Assembly (NCBI GenBank): GCA_963702425.1
Contig: CAVPCQ010000032.1
Span: 169,901 to 233,900, forward strand
Reading direction: 5' to 3'
DNA: 64,000 nucleotides
Source of the DNA: an uncultured Acidobacteriota bacterium
GTDB taxonomy: Bacteria > Acidobacteriota > Polarisedimenticolia > J045
Shown here piece by piece: positions 9,894 through 19,936 of this stretch; position 1 is the stretch's first letter; every line of letters starts with the position of its first letter. Under the pieces are notes generated by a model that saw only the letters and a program-made list of their open reading frames with translations, was not told where the DNA came from and did no database searches. A program made the position numbers and the translations under genes.

Positions 9894-11197
9894 CGTTCTC
9901 CGCGCGCGCCTTCGCGCTCTGGGGCGCGGCGAGCCTGCTGCTCGTCGCCGGCTTCATCGTGGTCGACGCGGCGTACCTGGGGCTGGCGCTCGACGCGCTG
10001 GTGCTCGGGCTCGCGCTGATCGACGGCGCGCGCGCGCGGCGGCTGGCGCTCGCCGTACAGCGCGAGGCCCCTGCGATCTTCCACCAAGGGGAGGAGGCGC
10101 AGCTCGCGCTCGTCGTCGAGAACCGCGAGCCCCGGCCGCTCACGATCCGGGCCCGCGAGGCGCTCTCGACGCTGCTCGTCGAGCGGCCGCTCGACCTCGC
10201 GGCGACGATCCCCGGCCGCTCGCGCGTCCGGCTCCCCTACTCCGTCTGTCCGCTCTGGCGGGGAGCCGGAGAGCTGGCTCCGGCGACGCTCCGCGTGGCC
10301 GGCCCGTGGCGCCTGGCGTGGGGCGAGCGGCGGTTCGCGGAGGGGCAGCCGTTCAAGGTCTACCCGAAGCTGCACCTCGAACGAGACGCGGCGCTCGCGG
10401 TGAAGCGCGCGGTCGAGCACCGGCTCGGTGCGCACGAGACCGCGGTCCGCGGGATCTCGACCGAACTCTACGCGCTGCGCGAGTACCTGCCCGGCGACGA
10501 CTACCGCCGCGTCCACTGGAAGGCGACCGCCCGCCGCAATCGTCCGGTGATCCGCGAGAACACCTGGGAGCAGCACCAGCAGCTCGTCGTGATGGTCGAC
10601 TGCGGACGGCCGATGGCCGCGCTCGACGGCGCACTGGGGAAGCTCGACCACGCGCTTGCCGCAGTGATCGCCCTGCTGCGCGTCGTCGTGGCGCAGGGGG
10701 ACCAGGCGACCCTGGTGCTGTTCTCGAAGGAGATCCGCCAGATCGTGCGGCTCGACCGGAGGACCCGCTCGTTCGGGCCGCTGTTCGAGCGGATCTATCA
10801 CGAGCGGGCGGACCTGGAGGAGCCCGACTACCAGGCGGTCGCCGCGTGGTGCGCACGCCGGGTGCCGCGCCGGTCGCTGGCCGTGCTGCTGACCTCCGTG
10901 CTCGACCTGGCCAACGCCGCGGTGCTCGAGCGAGCGCTGCTCGGCCTGGCGCAGCGGCACCTGCCGCTCCTGGTGAATCTCGAGGACCCGGGGCTGATCG
11001 CCCACGCGGGCGCGGTGCCGAACGACCTCACCGCCGCCTACGCGAAGGTCTCGGCGCTCTCGCTCACCGCCGGCAACCGCGCGCTCGCCGCGCGGCTGGC
11101 CGGTGCGGGGGTCCAGGTCCTGACCACCCCGGCCGACCGGCTGGCCTTCGGCGTCGTGCAGAAGTACCTCGACCTCAAGGCGCGGCGCCGACTCTGA
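9890..11197 (+). CDS. DUF58 (vWA-like) MoxR partner
   Basis: [20 protein letters not shown]. Confidence 0.92.
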   Translation: MTFSARAFALWGAASLLLVAGFIVVDAAYLGLALDALVLGLALIDGARARRLALAVQREAPAIFHQGEEAQLALVVENREPRPLTIRAREALSTLLVERPLDLAATIPGRSRVRLPYSVCPLWRGAGELAPATLRVAGPWRLAWGERRFAEGQPFKVYPKLHLERDAALAVKRAVEHRLGAHETAVRGISTELYALREYLPGDDYRRVHWKATARRNRPVIRENTWEQHQQLVVMVDCGRPMAALDGALGKLDHALAAVIALLRVVVAQGDQATLVLFSKEIRQIVRLDRRTRSFGPLFERIYHERADLEEPDYQAVAAWCARRVPRRSLAVLLTSVLDLANAAVLERALLGLAQRHLPLLVNLEDPGLIAHAGAVPNDLTAAYAKVSALSLTAGNRALAARLAGAGVQVLTTPADRLAFGVVQKYLDLKARRRL

Positions 11198-11265
11198 GCA
11201 GACGGGCGGCGGCTGTCGGACCGCCGCACCGGCAGAGTCGCGTCCCCGGGGGCAGAGGCGAGAGC

Positions 11266-13614
11266 TCAGCGCCTTCCCGGCGGCAGCAGCACGGACGCCG
11301 CCGCGTACAGCCCCACGCCGGCGAGCGCGACGTCATGGAACCCGGCGAGAATCGCCAGCGCGAGCGAGCAGACGCTGGCGAGCACGCTGGCGACGCCGTT
11401 GATCGCCCAGAACCAGGGCTTGCCGGCGTCGCCGAACCGGATCATCCCGACCGGGAACGCGAATCCCATGAGGTATCCGGGAAGCGCGAGCAGCAGCACG
11501 CTCGTCGCCACACGGGCCGGGAACCCCCAGCCCAGGCTGGCGCGGAACACGGGACCGAGGAGCAGCTCCGCGACGAGCACCGCCAGCGGCAGCAGGAACG
11601 CCCACCCGCGGCCGGCGAGGCGGGCCCGCGCGGCCGTCATGGCCCCGAGGCCGGCGCCCAGCAGCAGCGTTCCCAGGACCACCGCGGTCGCGTAGCTGGG
11701 ATGCCCGAGGTACAGGATGAAGCGCTGGATCCACGGCGCCTCGACGAACATGAACGCCAGTCCGATGGCCGCGAAGTAGGCGGTCCCGCGCCAGATGCCG
11801 GCGTGGCGCGGCAGCGCCCGCGCCAGCACGAGCGGCGCAGAGAAGGCGGCCAGCGCGAGCACGGCCATCCCCACGAGGAGCCGCCGGAGCGTGACCACCG
11901 ACTGGTCGTTGGCCGAGAGCGACGCCAGCGCGTCGCGGTTTACGTCTCCGAGCAGGCCGACGGTCTGGAAGAAGAAGGGCCGGTCGTCGGTCGGCGGCGT
12001 CAGATCGAACCCCTGCTCGCGCATCGACTCCCAGCCCGAGACGAGAACCTGCGCCAGCCGCGACTCGGCCGGCGTCTCGGCGCCCTGCGGCCAGTGCCGC
12101 ACCAGGCCGCGCGACGCGACGACCTCGTCGAGCTGCGACAGCCGTTCCGCGTCGAAGGGGCGACGGGAGACGAGCAGCGTGCCGACGCGCCCGGCCTGGA
12201 CCACCGCAAGGTGGCTCAGCGGATCGGCGACGCCTTCGCGCTCGAGCGCGAACCGGGCGAGCAGCGCGAGCCGCAGACCTTCGAGCTGACGCCGGCCCAT
12301 CATCCAGCGCGAGATCGAAACGACCCCGTCGTCCGAGAGCCGGTTCCAGTAGAGACGCAACGCCTCCTCGGTGTAGAGGTAGTTCTCGGAGAGCGCGAAG
12401 GCGCCGGCGGCCGTCGCCGCCCAGGTATCGATCAGCGAGATCTGGATCAGGTCGTACTTCTTGTCGGTGCGCGTCAGGAACGAGCGCCCCTCGGAGACGA
12501 CGGCGTTGACGTGCGGCAGGTGGTACACGTCCCCGGAGAACTCCCGGAATCGCCCCGAGACCAGGTCGACGATCTGCGGGTTGATCTCGATCGCATCGAT
12601 CTCCTGCGCGCCGGCCTCGCGGGCCGTCAGAATGTCACGACCGCCTCCCGCGCCGATGATGCAGACGGTTCGCGGCACCCGTAGCTGATAGCCCACGCTG
12701 GTCACATCGAAAAGCAGATGCTCCAGCGACTCCGGCCCGCCGCCGAGCCGCGTCACGGGCGTGCCCGCAGAGCCATCCTGTTCGATCCAGAGCTGCTCGA
12801 CCGCGTGGGGCGAAAAGCGCGTGCCGAGGCCCCAGTTGAAGGCCTCCTTCGGGTCCTTCTTCCAGAAGACCGTGTCGAAGACCGTGAGCCGGGCGGTGGC
12901 GGTCCACTTCTCGTAGAGCAGCGGACCGGTTTCCTCGTAGAGCTTGTTGTAGCGCAGCGTGTAGGGCGCCCCCCAGGCGATCGAGGCCGCGAGCGCCGCC
13001 GCGATGACCCCGGCCGCGCGACGTCGGGACGGGAACAGCACGGCCAGCGCCACGAGCGGCAGGAGCGCCGAGGCGGCGAGCAGGACCGGGGTCGCGACGA
13101 CGTTCATCAGCGGAATGACGAGCAGCGCCCCGCCCGTCGCCCCGAGCAGGTCGGCACCGTACATCCGCCCGATGGCGCGCCCGGTGACGCTCATCAGCAG
13201 CAGGCAAACGGCGGTCCCGAGAGCGAGCAGCGGCGGCAGCACGCTGACCAGCACCAGCAGCACGCGCCAACCGGCATCGGGCTGCGCTCCCAGCAGCGGC
13301 GACCGGTCCTCGCCCGCGGGCAGGAGCGCGCCCAGCTTGAAGATCGCGACGATCGAAAGCGGCACGAGAATGGCCGACACCTGGAGCGCGATGCGCAACG
13401 CGCGCGGGCGGGCGGGCCGCAGCGCGAACCAGATGCCGGGAGCGCCGAGCGCGAGCATGGCCAGCGACACCGAGAGAAAGGCGAAATGGTACCAGAGCAC
13501 GACGGAGAGGATCCGCGTGATGGCGATCTCGTAGATCAGGACGGTGCAGGAGACGAGCGCGATCGCGACCAGGAGAGACCGCTCGCCTCCGGAGACCTGT
13601 TCATCCGAGTGCAC
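11266..13614 (-). CDS. Membrane protein with spermidine-synthase-like SAM-binding domain
   Basis: YGADLLGATGG TM block; IIGAGGGRD, IEINP, EGRSFL, ENYLYTEEA, PTDDRPFFF. Confidence 0.85.
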   Translation of the reverse strand: MHSDEQVSGGERSLLVAIALVSCTVLIYEIAITRILSVVLWYHFAFLSVSLAMLALGAPGIWFALRPARPRALRIALQVSAILVPLSIVAIFKLGALLPAGEDRSPLLGAQPDAGWRVLLVLVSVLPPLLALGTAVCLLLMSVTGRAIGRMYGADLLGATGGALLVIPLMNVVATPVLLAASALLPLVALAVLFPSRRRAAGVIAAALAASIAWGAPYTLRYNKLYEETGPLLYEKWTATARLTVFDTVFWKKDPKEAFNWGLGTRFSPHAVEQLWIEQDGSAGTPVTRLGGGPESLEHLLFDVTSVGYQLRVPRTVCIIGAGGGRDILTAREAGAQEIDAIEINPQIVDLVSGRFREFSGDVYHLPHVNAVVSEGRSFLTRTDKKYDLIQISLIDTWAATAAGAFALSENYLYTEEALRLYWNRLSDDGVVSISRWMMGRRQLEGLRLALLARFALEREGVADPLSHLAVVQAGRVGTLLVSRRPFDAERLSQLDEVVASRGLVRHWPQGAETPAESRLAQVLVSGWESMREQGFDLTPPTDDRPFFFQTVGLLGDVNRDALASLSANDQSVVTLRRLLVGMAVLALAAFSAPLVLARALPRHAGIWRGTAYFAAIGLAFMFVEAPWIQRFILYLGHPSYATAVVLGTLLLGAGLGAMTAARARLAGRGWAFLLPLAVLVAELLLGPVFRASLGWGFPARVATSVLLLALPGYLMGFAFPVGMIRFGDAGKPWFWAINGVASVLASVCSLALAILAGFHDVALAGVGLYAAASVLLPPGRR

Positions 13615-13675
13615 CGACGCATGGTGAAGGAACGATCTGCCGATGACAAGCGGCGGTTCACGACGGCGCGGCGGA

Positions 13676-13702
13676 CGGGCCGGGACGGAGCCCGGCCCCT
13701 AC
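13676..13702. repeat. GTAG-type REP (family A variant)
   Basis: cgggccgggacggagcccggcccctac. Confidence 0.75.
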
Positions 13703-13857
13703 GGGTCTTCGGGACGATCGACCGGCGGCTTCGGCTCCCGCCCGGGGAGCTCACAGGACTGCGACATTCAGGTGGGGATCCCCATCCAGGGGAGGATCCA
13801 GCGCTGGAGCGCGAACCACGCGCCCAGGATCGCAAGAAAAAGCAGGATGTTGGTCAT
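13699..13857 (-). CDS. Small membrane protein, candidate selenoprotein (29 aa to TGA, 52 aa if UGA is read as Sec)
   Basis: ATG overlaps the upstream stop (TGATG); MTNILLFLAILGAWFALQRWILPWMGIPT-TGA(13770-13768)-MSQSCELPGREPKPPVDRPEDP-TAG; hairpin gctccc-cgggc-gggagc starts 18 nt after the TGA. Confidence 0.65.
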
Positions 13858-14150
13858 CAGACCAGTTGCTCCACGTTGACGACGCTCGCTCTCAGGCACG
13901 GCTGGATCTCGCATTTCCCGGCGAAATCCTGCAGGTCTTTCAGGATCGCCGCAACCGCCGCTTCCGACACCCCGGGGACGACGATCACGATCGCCCCGAA
14001 GGAGACCGTTCGGGGCAGGCTCGCGCGCTCGAGGAACTTGTGGCCCACCGCGCCCGGGATCTTCAGGTAGCCTTCCGCCCCGTGGCGGTCGAGCGCGCCG
14101 ACCACCTCGTGCTCGAGGTCCTCGCTGCAGTAGATGACGAGCTGCTTCAT
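13857..14150 (-). CDS. P-II-like (PG0541-like) transporter-associated protein
   Basis: ATGA overlap with RND stop; 97 aa MKQLVIYCSEDLEHEVVGALDRHGAEGY..IPGAVG; C-terminal CEIQPC. Confidence 0.75.
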   Translation of the reverse strand: MKQLVIYCSEDLEHEVVGALDRHGAEGYLKIPGAVGHKFLERASLPRTVSFGAIVIVVPGVSEAAVAAILKDLQDFAGKCEIQPCLRASVVNVEQLV

Positions 14151-17100
14151 TCCGCGTCTCCCGATGCCGGCGTCTCGTGCTTGGCGCGCTCGACCATGTA
14201 GTAGAGCACGGGCACGACGACCAGCGTCAAGACGGTCGAGGCCAGCGAGCCGAACATCAGGGCGATTGCCAGCCCCTGGAAGATCGGGTCGAACAGGATC
14301 ACCACCGCGCCCATGACCACCGCGCCCGCGGTCAGCACGATCGGCCGCGTCCGCACCGCCCCGGCCTCGACCAGCGCCTCGCCCAGCGTCCGCCCCTCGG
14401 CCAGCGCCAGCTCGACGAAATCGATCAAGAGGATCCCGTTGCGGACCATGATCCCGGCCAGCGCGATGAAGCCGATCATCGAAGTCGCGGTGAAGAAGGC
14501 TCCCAGCGCCCAGTGCCCCGGGACCACGCCGATCAGGCCGAGCGGAATCGCGACCATCATCACCAGTGGCACCGTGAACGATCGGAACCAGCCGATGATC
14601 AGCAGGTAGATCAGCACCAGCACGGCGGCGAAGGCGAAGCCGAGGTCGCGGAAGACCTCGTAGGTGATGTGCCACTCGCCGTCCCACTTCATCGCCGGCT
14701 TCTCTTCGGACCCCGGCTCGTCGCGGTAGTACTGCTCGACCACGCCGCCCCCGGGGACTTGCAGCTTGTCGATCTCCTTGGCCATCTTGAGGATCGCGTA
14801 GACTGGGCTCTCCTCGCGGCCGGAGACATCGGCGGTGACGTAGACGACGGGCTTCAGGTTCTTGCGGAACAGGCTGGCGTCCTCCGTCGTGCGGCGGACC
14901 GTCACCAGCTCCGACATCGGGACCATCGCCCCGCTCATCGCCGCGAGCTTGACCGCCGCGAGGGCCGCGACCGACGAACGCTCGGCCCGCGGCAGCTCGA
15001 CGCGGATCGGCACCGGCTCGGCCTCCGCGTCGCGGTGCAGCAGCCCCGCGTCCTCGCCGGCGATCAGCGCCCGCAGCGAGCGGGCAACCATCGCCGCCGG
15101 AACGCCATGGAGGGCAGCCTTCTCGCGGTCGACCTCGAAGACTTCCTTCGGCTGCGGCGCCTCGACCCACCAGTCGACGTCGACCACGGAGGGGGTCGAT
15201 TCGAAGATCCCCTTGATCCGCTCGGCCGTCGCGCGGCGGGCCTTCTCGTCCGGGCCGTAGACCTCCGCGACCAGCGTCGCCAGGACCGGCGGCCCCGGCG
15301 GGACCTCGGCGATCTTCACCGCCGCGCCGTTCTTCCTGGCGATTTCCTCCACCGCCGGGCGGATCCGCTTGGCGATGTCGTGGCTCTGGTCCTTGCGGTC
15401 GTGCTTGGGGGCCAGATTCACTTGAAGATCGGCGACATTGGCGCCGCGCCGCAGGTCGTAGTGCCGAACCAGGCCGTTGAAGTTGACCGGCGCCGACGTC
15501 CCGGCGTACAGCTCGACATCGGTCACCTCCGGCACGCTGCCCAGGTAGATCCCGATCTCGCGCGCCACGCGCGCCGTGTCCTCGAGCGTCGTCCCCTCCG
15601 GCATGTCGACCACGATCTGCAGCTCGCTCTTGTTGTCGAACGGCAGCATCTTCACCGCGACCATCTTGAGCGGGAACATCGCCACGGCGCCCGCCAACAG
15701 CAGCGCGACGCCCCCCAGGAAGCCCCAGCGGAGCGCGGGCTTCTCCATCATCGGCACGAGGATCCGGCGATAGAGGCCGTAGATCCTGGTCCGCTTGACG
15801 TCGTACTCCTCGTCGTGGGCGTGTCCGCCGCGCAGCAGCCGGTAGGCCAGCCAGGGGGCGATCGTCAGCGCGACGACCAGCGAGAAGAGCATCGCCAGCG
15901 ACGCGCCGATCGGCATCGGCGCCATGTAGGGACCCATCAGGCCGCGCACGAAGGCCATCGGCAGCAGGGCCGCGATGACGGTGAAGGTCGCCAGGATCGT
16001 CGGGTTGCCGACCTCGGAGACCGCGGTCACCGCGGCCTGCAGCGCCGGCAGCTTCTTCATCGAGAAGTGCCGGGCGACGTTCTCGACGACGATGATCGAG
16101 TCGTCGACGACGAGCCCGGTGACGAAGATCAGCGCGAAGAGGGTCACGCGGTTCAGGGTGTAGCCGAAGACGTAGTAGATGAAGAGCGTCAGGGCGAAGG
16201 TCACCGGCAGCGAGATGAAGACCACCAGCGAGCCGCGCCACCCGAGCGACAGGGCGATGAAGATCGTCACGATCACGATCGTGAGGAGCAGGTGCAGCTC
16301 CAGCTCGTCGACCTTTTCGCGCGCGGTCTCGCCGTAGTTCCGCGTCACCTCGACTTCGACGCCGCCCGGGACCAGCGTCCCCTTCAGTGCGTTGACCTTG
16401 TCGAGCGCGGCGGCGGTCACGCGGTAGGCGTCCGCCCCCTTGCGCTTGGCGAGCGACAGGGTGACCGCGTCGTAGAGGCCGGCCGGCGCCTCGATGCCGC
16501 GCGTCCGCGCCGCCGGCCCGGGCGAGAAGGCGACGTAGTCGGCCGGCTCCTCCGGGCCGTCGAGCACGGTGGCGACGTCCCGCAGGTAGATCGGCTTTCC
16601 CTCGTGTGCACCGACGACCAGCCCCTCGACGTCCTCGCGGCTCCTCAGGAACCCGCCGGTCTCGACCTTGACCTCGCGGTTCCCCTGCTCGATGCTGCCG
16701 GCCGGGGCGCTCGCGTTCTGGAACTGCAGCGCCTGGACGATCGTCCCCGGGTCGGCGTGCATCGCCGCCATCCGGCCGCCGTCGAGCTGCACCCGCACCG
16801 CGCGCCGCTGGCCGCCGATGATCTTGATCTCCGAGACGTCGTCGAGCCGCGACAGTTCCCTGCCCATCTCGGCCGCCAGCCGCCGCAGCGCGAAGCCGTC
16901 CTGGTCCTTGCGCGCGCTCCAGAGCGTCAGCCCCAGCACCGGCACGTCGTCGATCGCCCGCGTCCTGATCAGCGGCGGAGTCGCGCCGGGCGGCATCCGG
17001 TCCAGCCCCGAGACGAGCTTGTCGTAGATCTTGACCAGGCTGCGCTCCTGGTCCTCGCCCACCTTGAAGCGGACCGTGACCATCGCCACGCTGGGCATCG

Positions 17101-17371
17101 ACCCGGAGTAGACGTACTCGACCCCGGGAATCTCCGCCATCCGCTTTTCCAGCGGGATCGTGACGCGGTTCTCGACGGCCTGGGGCGAGGCGCCCGGCAG
17201 GCCGACGAAGATGTCGACCATCGGGACGACGATCTGCGGCTCCTCCTCGCGCGGCGTGAGCAGCACCGCGAACCCGCCGAGCAGGAGCGACGCCACGATC
17301 AAGAGCGGCGTCAGCTTGGAGTCGATGAAGAAGTGGGCGACCTTGCCGGCCGGCCCGAGGCTGGGGGTCAT
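14147..17371 (-). CDS. RND efflux permease (PREEEPQI subfamily)
   Basis: 1074 aa; GLVVDDSIIVVEN, RNGILLIDF, RTRPIVLT. Confidence 0.95.
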   Translation of the reverse strand: MTPSLGPAGKVAHFFIDSKLTPLLIVASLLLGGFAVLLTPREEEPQIVVPMVDIFVGLPGASPQAVENRVTIPLEKRMAEIPGVEYVYSGSMPSVAMVTVRFKVGEDQERSLVKIYDKLVSGLDRMPPGATPPLIRTRAIDDVPVLGLTLWSARKDQDGFALRRLAAEMGRELSRLDDVSEIKIIGGQRRAVRVQLDGGRMAAMHADPGTIVQALQFQNASAPAGSIEQGNREVKVETGGFLRSREDVEGLVVGAHEGKPIYLRDVATVLDGPEEPADYVAFSPGPAARTRGIEAPAGLYDAVTLSLAKRKGADAYRVTAAALDKVNALKGTLVPGGVEVEVTRNYGETAREKVDELELHLLLTIVIVTIFIALSLGWRGSLVVFISLPVTFALTLFIYYVFGYTLNRVTLFALIFVTGLVVDDSIIVVENVARHFSMKKLPALQAAVTAVSEVGNPTILATFTVIAALLPMAFVRGLMGPYMAPMPIGASLAMLFSLVVALTIAPWLAYRLLRGGHAHDEEYDVKRTRIYGLYRRILVPMMEKPALRWGFLGGVALLLAGAVAMFPLKMVAVKMLPFDNKSELQIVVDMPEGTTLEDTARVAREIGIYLGSVPEVTDVELYAGTSAPVNFNGLVRHYDLRRGANVADLQVNLAPKHDRKDQSHDIAKRIRPAVEEIARKNGAAVKIAEVPPGPPVLATLVAEVYGPDEKARRATAERIKGIFESTPSVVDVDWWVEAPQPKEVFEVDREKAALHGVPAAMVARSLRALIAGEDAGLLHRDAEAEPVPIRVELPRAERSSVAALAAVKLAAMSGAMVPMSELVTVRRTTEDASLFRKNLKPVVYVTADVSGREESPVYAILKMAKEIDKLQVPGGGVVEQYYRDEPGSEEKPAMKWDGEWHITYEVFRDLGFAFAAVLVLIYLLIIGWFRSFTVPLVMMVAIPLGLIGVVPGHWALGAFFTATSMIGFIALAGIMVRNGILLIDFVELALAEGRTLGEALVEAGAVRTRPIVLTAGAVVMGAVVILFDPIFQGLAIALMFGSLASTVLTLVVVPVLYYMVERAKHETPASGDAE

Positions 17372-18531
17372 CGTGTCACCTCAGCGGGCCTTGCGCCGGA
17401 ACTGGAGGGGCCGGGGTCGGACGCGCCGGAGATCGGCGCGCCGTCGGCGATCCCCGCGGGCGGCGCGCTGACGTAGCGCTCGCCGGCGGAGAGGCCCGAG
17501 AGGACCTCGACCCGGTCGCCGAGCAGCGCCCCCGGCCGCACCCAGCGCAGCCGCGCCTTGCCCGCCTCGTCCACGATCCAGACGCCCTGGAGCTGTCCGC
17601 GCTCGACCAGCGCCGCCGCCGGCACGGTCAGCGTTTCCCGCGTCCCCTTCGGGAACCGGATGCGCACGTACATCCCCGGCTTGATCGCGCCGCCGGGGTT
17701 GTCGAGCAGCAGCTTCACCGCGAAGGTCCGGCTCATCGAATCGCCGGCCGGGACGATCCGCTCGACCGTCGCCGGGACCGGCGCGCCCAGCACGTCGATC
17801 GCGACCGTCGCCGGCGCGCCTTCCGCGAGGCCGACGATCTGCGCCTCCGGCACCTGCGCCACGACCCGGACCTTCGACAGGTCGTCCACCGTGAAGAGCG
17901 GCATCCCGGGCGACGCCATGTCGCCGGCTTCGATCCGCTTCGCGGTGACGACGCCGGAGACCGGGGTCGAGACGATGGCGTAGCCGAGCATCACCTGGGC
18001 CGCCGCGAGATTCGCCTGCGCCTGCTGCACGCCGGCCCTGGCCATGTTGTAGCCGGCGGTCGCATCCTCGAGGTTCTTGGCGGTGGCGGAGCCGCGTTCG
18101 ACCAGCGCGGTCATGCGCTTGTACGTCGCCTCGGCGTTCGTCTGCTGCGCCTCGGCCATCGCGACGCCGGCCTTCGCCTGCTCGACCGCCGCCGCCAGGT
18201 CGCGGCTCTCGAGCCGCGCCAGCGCCTGCCCGGCGCGGACGGCGTCCCCCTCGCGGACCATCACGCGCTCGACGCGCCCCATGATCTTCGTGCCGGGGGA
18301 GACGCGCTCGATCGGCTCGACCGCGCCGGACACCTCGACGACATCAGCCGAGGAGGCCAGCTCGGCCACGGCGACCGGCGCCGACACGGCGGCCGGCTCG
18401 GCGGGAGGGGCGACCTCGTGCCGGCCGCCGCAGCCGGCGGAGAGCAGGACCGCGGCCAGCGCGGCGACAACGAGGACGACGGAAGCGGGTCGGGAACTCG
18501 GGCGGCGGATCATCGGCGGTTCTCCCGTCAC
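17368..18531 (-). CDS. RND periplasmic adaptor (MFP), lipoprotein
   Basis: LSAGC lipobox; VREGDAVRAGQAL and PVSGVV lipoyl halves. Confidence 0.93.
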   Translation of the reverse strand: MTGEPPMIRRPSSRPASVVLVVAALAAVLLSAGCGGRHEVAPPAEPAAVSAPVAVAELASSADVVEVSGAVEPIERVSPGTKIMGRVERVMVREGDAVRAGQALARLESRDLAAAVEQAKAGVAMAEAQQTNAEATYKRMTALVERGSATAKNLEDATAGYNMARAGVQQAQANLAAAQVMLGYAIVSTPVSGVVTAKRIEAGDMASPGMPLFTVDDLSKVRVVAQVPEAQIVGLAEGAPATVAIDVLGAPVPATVERIVPAGDSMSRTFAVKLLLDNPGGAIKPGMYVRIRFPKGTRETLTVPAAALVERGQLQGVWIVDEAGKARLRWVRPGALLGDRVEVLSGLSAGERYVSAPPAGIADGAPISGASDPGPSSSGARPAEVTR

Positions 18532-19859
18532 AGGCGGCCGATGGCCAGCTTCAGGCGGGCCTCGGCGAGCAGGACATCGCGGCGTGCGGAGACTTCGCGG
18601 GTGCGGGAGGAGGTCAGCGCGGTCTCGGCGGCCAGCAGCTCGACCAGCGTCGTCAGCCCCTCCTTGTAGCGGTCCTCGACGATCACGAGGCTGGCCTCCG
18701 CGGACTCGATCGCCTTGGCCGCGTGTCCGAGGCTCTCGCGCGAGGCCTTCAGATCGTAGAACGCCTGCCGCACCTCGAGACCGGCCATCTGGCGCAGGTG
18801 GTTCGCGTATTCGGTCGCCTGGCGCTGCTGCTCCTCCGCGCGGCGCACGCGGGAGCGCGTGCCGAAGCCATCGAACGCGTTCCAGGTGACGGTGCCCATC
18901 ACGGTCCAGTTGGTGCCGTCGGCGCCGATGAAGTCCTCCGCGTTCGCCTCGTAGGCCCCACCGACGCCGATTTCGGGCAGGTAGCCGGCGCGCGCCACCT
19001 TGATCATCTTCTCTGCGGCACCGGTCCGCGCGACTGCGGCCTTGAGATCGGGGCGCGCGTCGATCGCCTCCTTCGTCAGCGCGTCGAGATCGCTCTCGGT
19101 GAAGACCGGAACGTCGACGCTCGCCGGCAGCGCGTGGGGCGTGTCGAGCGGCAGCCCCATGGCGAGGTTCAGCCCGGCGCGCGCCACCGCCGCCTGGCTG
19201 TCGGCGCGGGTCAGCATGTCCCTCAGCTCCAGCTCGCGGACCTCCGCCTGGAGCAGGTCGGAGCGGACGACCATCCCGGTCTCGACCATGTCGCGCACGA
19301 GCTTGACGTGGGCTGACGCCGTCTTCAGCCCCTCGCCGGCGACGCCGCGGGTGCTCTCGGCCAGCACGGCGCCGCTGTAGGCCTCGATCACCCGCTGCGT
19401 GACCTGCTGGCGCGCCGTGTCGCGGTCGGCCGCCGCGGCCGCCGCCCCCAGCTCGGCCGCCGCGACCCCGCCGGCGATCTTCCCGCCGCTCCAGATCGGC
19501 TGCATCACGGCCAGCTTGGTGTTCCAGTTGTTGGTGGCGGGCGGCTCGTTGAGGAAGTTCGGATCAAAGTTGGCCGGGCCGAAGCGCTCCTGCGACAGGA
19601 GGTCGCTGAAGACCAGGACCGGGTTGGTGCTGCGCGACGCGAACTCCGAGAGCTGAACCCGGGGGAGGCGCCAGGAGCGGGCCTCGTCGACCTGCGCCTC
19701 GGCCGCACCAACCCCGGCGTCGGCCGCGCGCAGCAGCGGGTTCTGCTCGAGCGCGGTCGCGACGGCCTCGTCGAGCGTCAGCGGGGCGGCCTCGGCCGCA
19801 GCGGCCGGCCGGGCCAAGCCCAGCGCCAGGATTACCAGGCCAAGTACGATGCGCTTCAT
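18528..19859 (-). CDS. TolC family outer membrane factor
   Basis: Signal peptide; LTLDEAVATALEQNP, RYKEGLTTLVELLAAE. Confidence 0.93.
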   Translation of the reverse strand: MKRIVLGLVILALGLARPAAAAEAAPLTLDEAVATALEQNPLLRAADAGVGAAEAQVDEARSWRLPRVQLSEFASRSTNPVLVFSDLLSQERFGPANFDPNFLNEPPATNNWNTKLAVMQPIWSGGKIAGGVAAAELGAAAAAADRDTARQQVTQRVIEAYSGAVLAESTRGVAGEGLKTASAHVKLVRDMVETGMVVRSDLLQAEVRELELRDMLTRADSQAAVARAGLNLAMGLPLDTPHALPASVDVPVFTESDLDALTKEAIDARPDLKAAVARTGAAEKMIKVARAGYLPEIGVGGAYEANAEDFIGADGTNWTVMGTVTWNAFDGFGTRSRVRRAEEQQRQATEYANHLRQMAGLEVRQAFYDLKASRESLGHAAKAIESAEASLVIVEDRYKEGLTTLVELLAAETALTSSRTREVSARRDVLLAEARLKLAIGRL

Positions 19860-19936
19860 GGCGATGTCACCCTCGCGGGGCCCGGCGGGACCGCCGGGCC
19901 GGCGGATAGCGCAGAGATGCCGCGGCGGGGGCCGGG

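Noticed and set aside
14177-17476. Long antisense and alternative-frame ORFs here and throughout the window
   Set aside because: Shadow ORFs of high-GC genes, Arg/Pro/Ala-rich and without motifs
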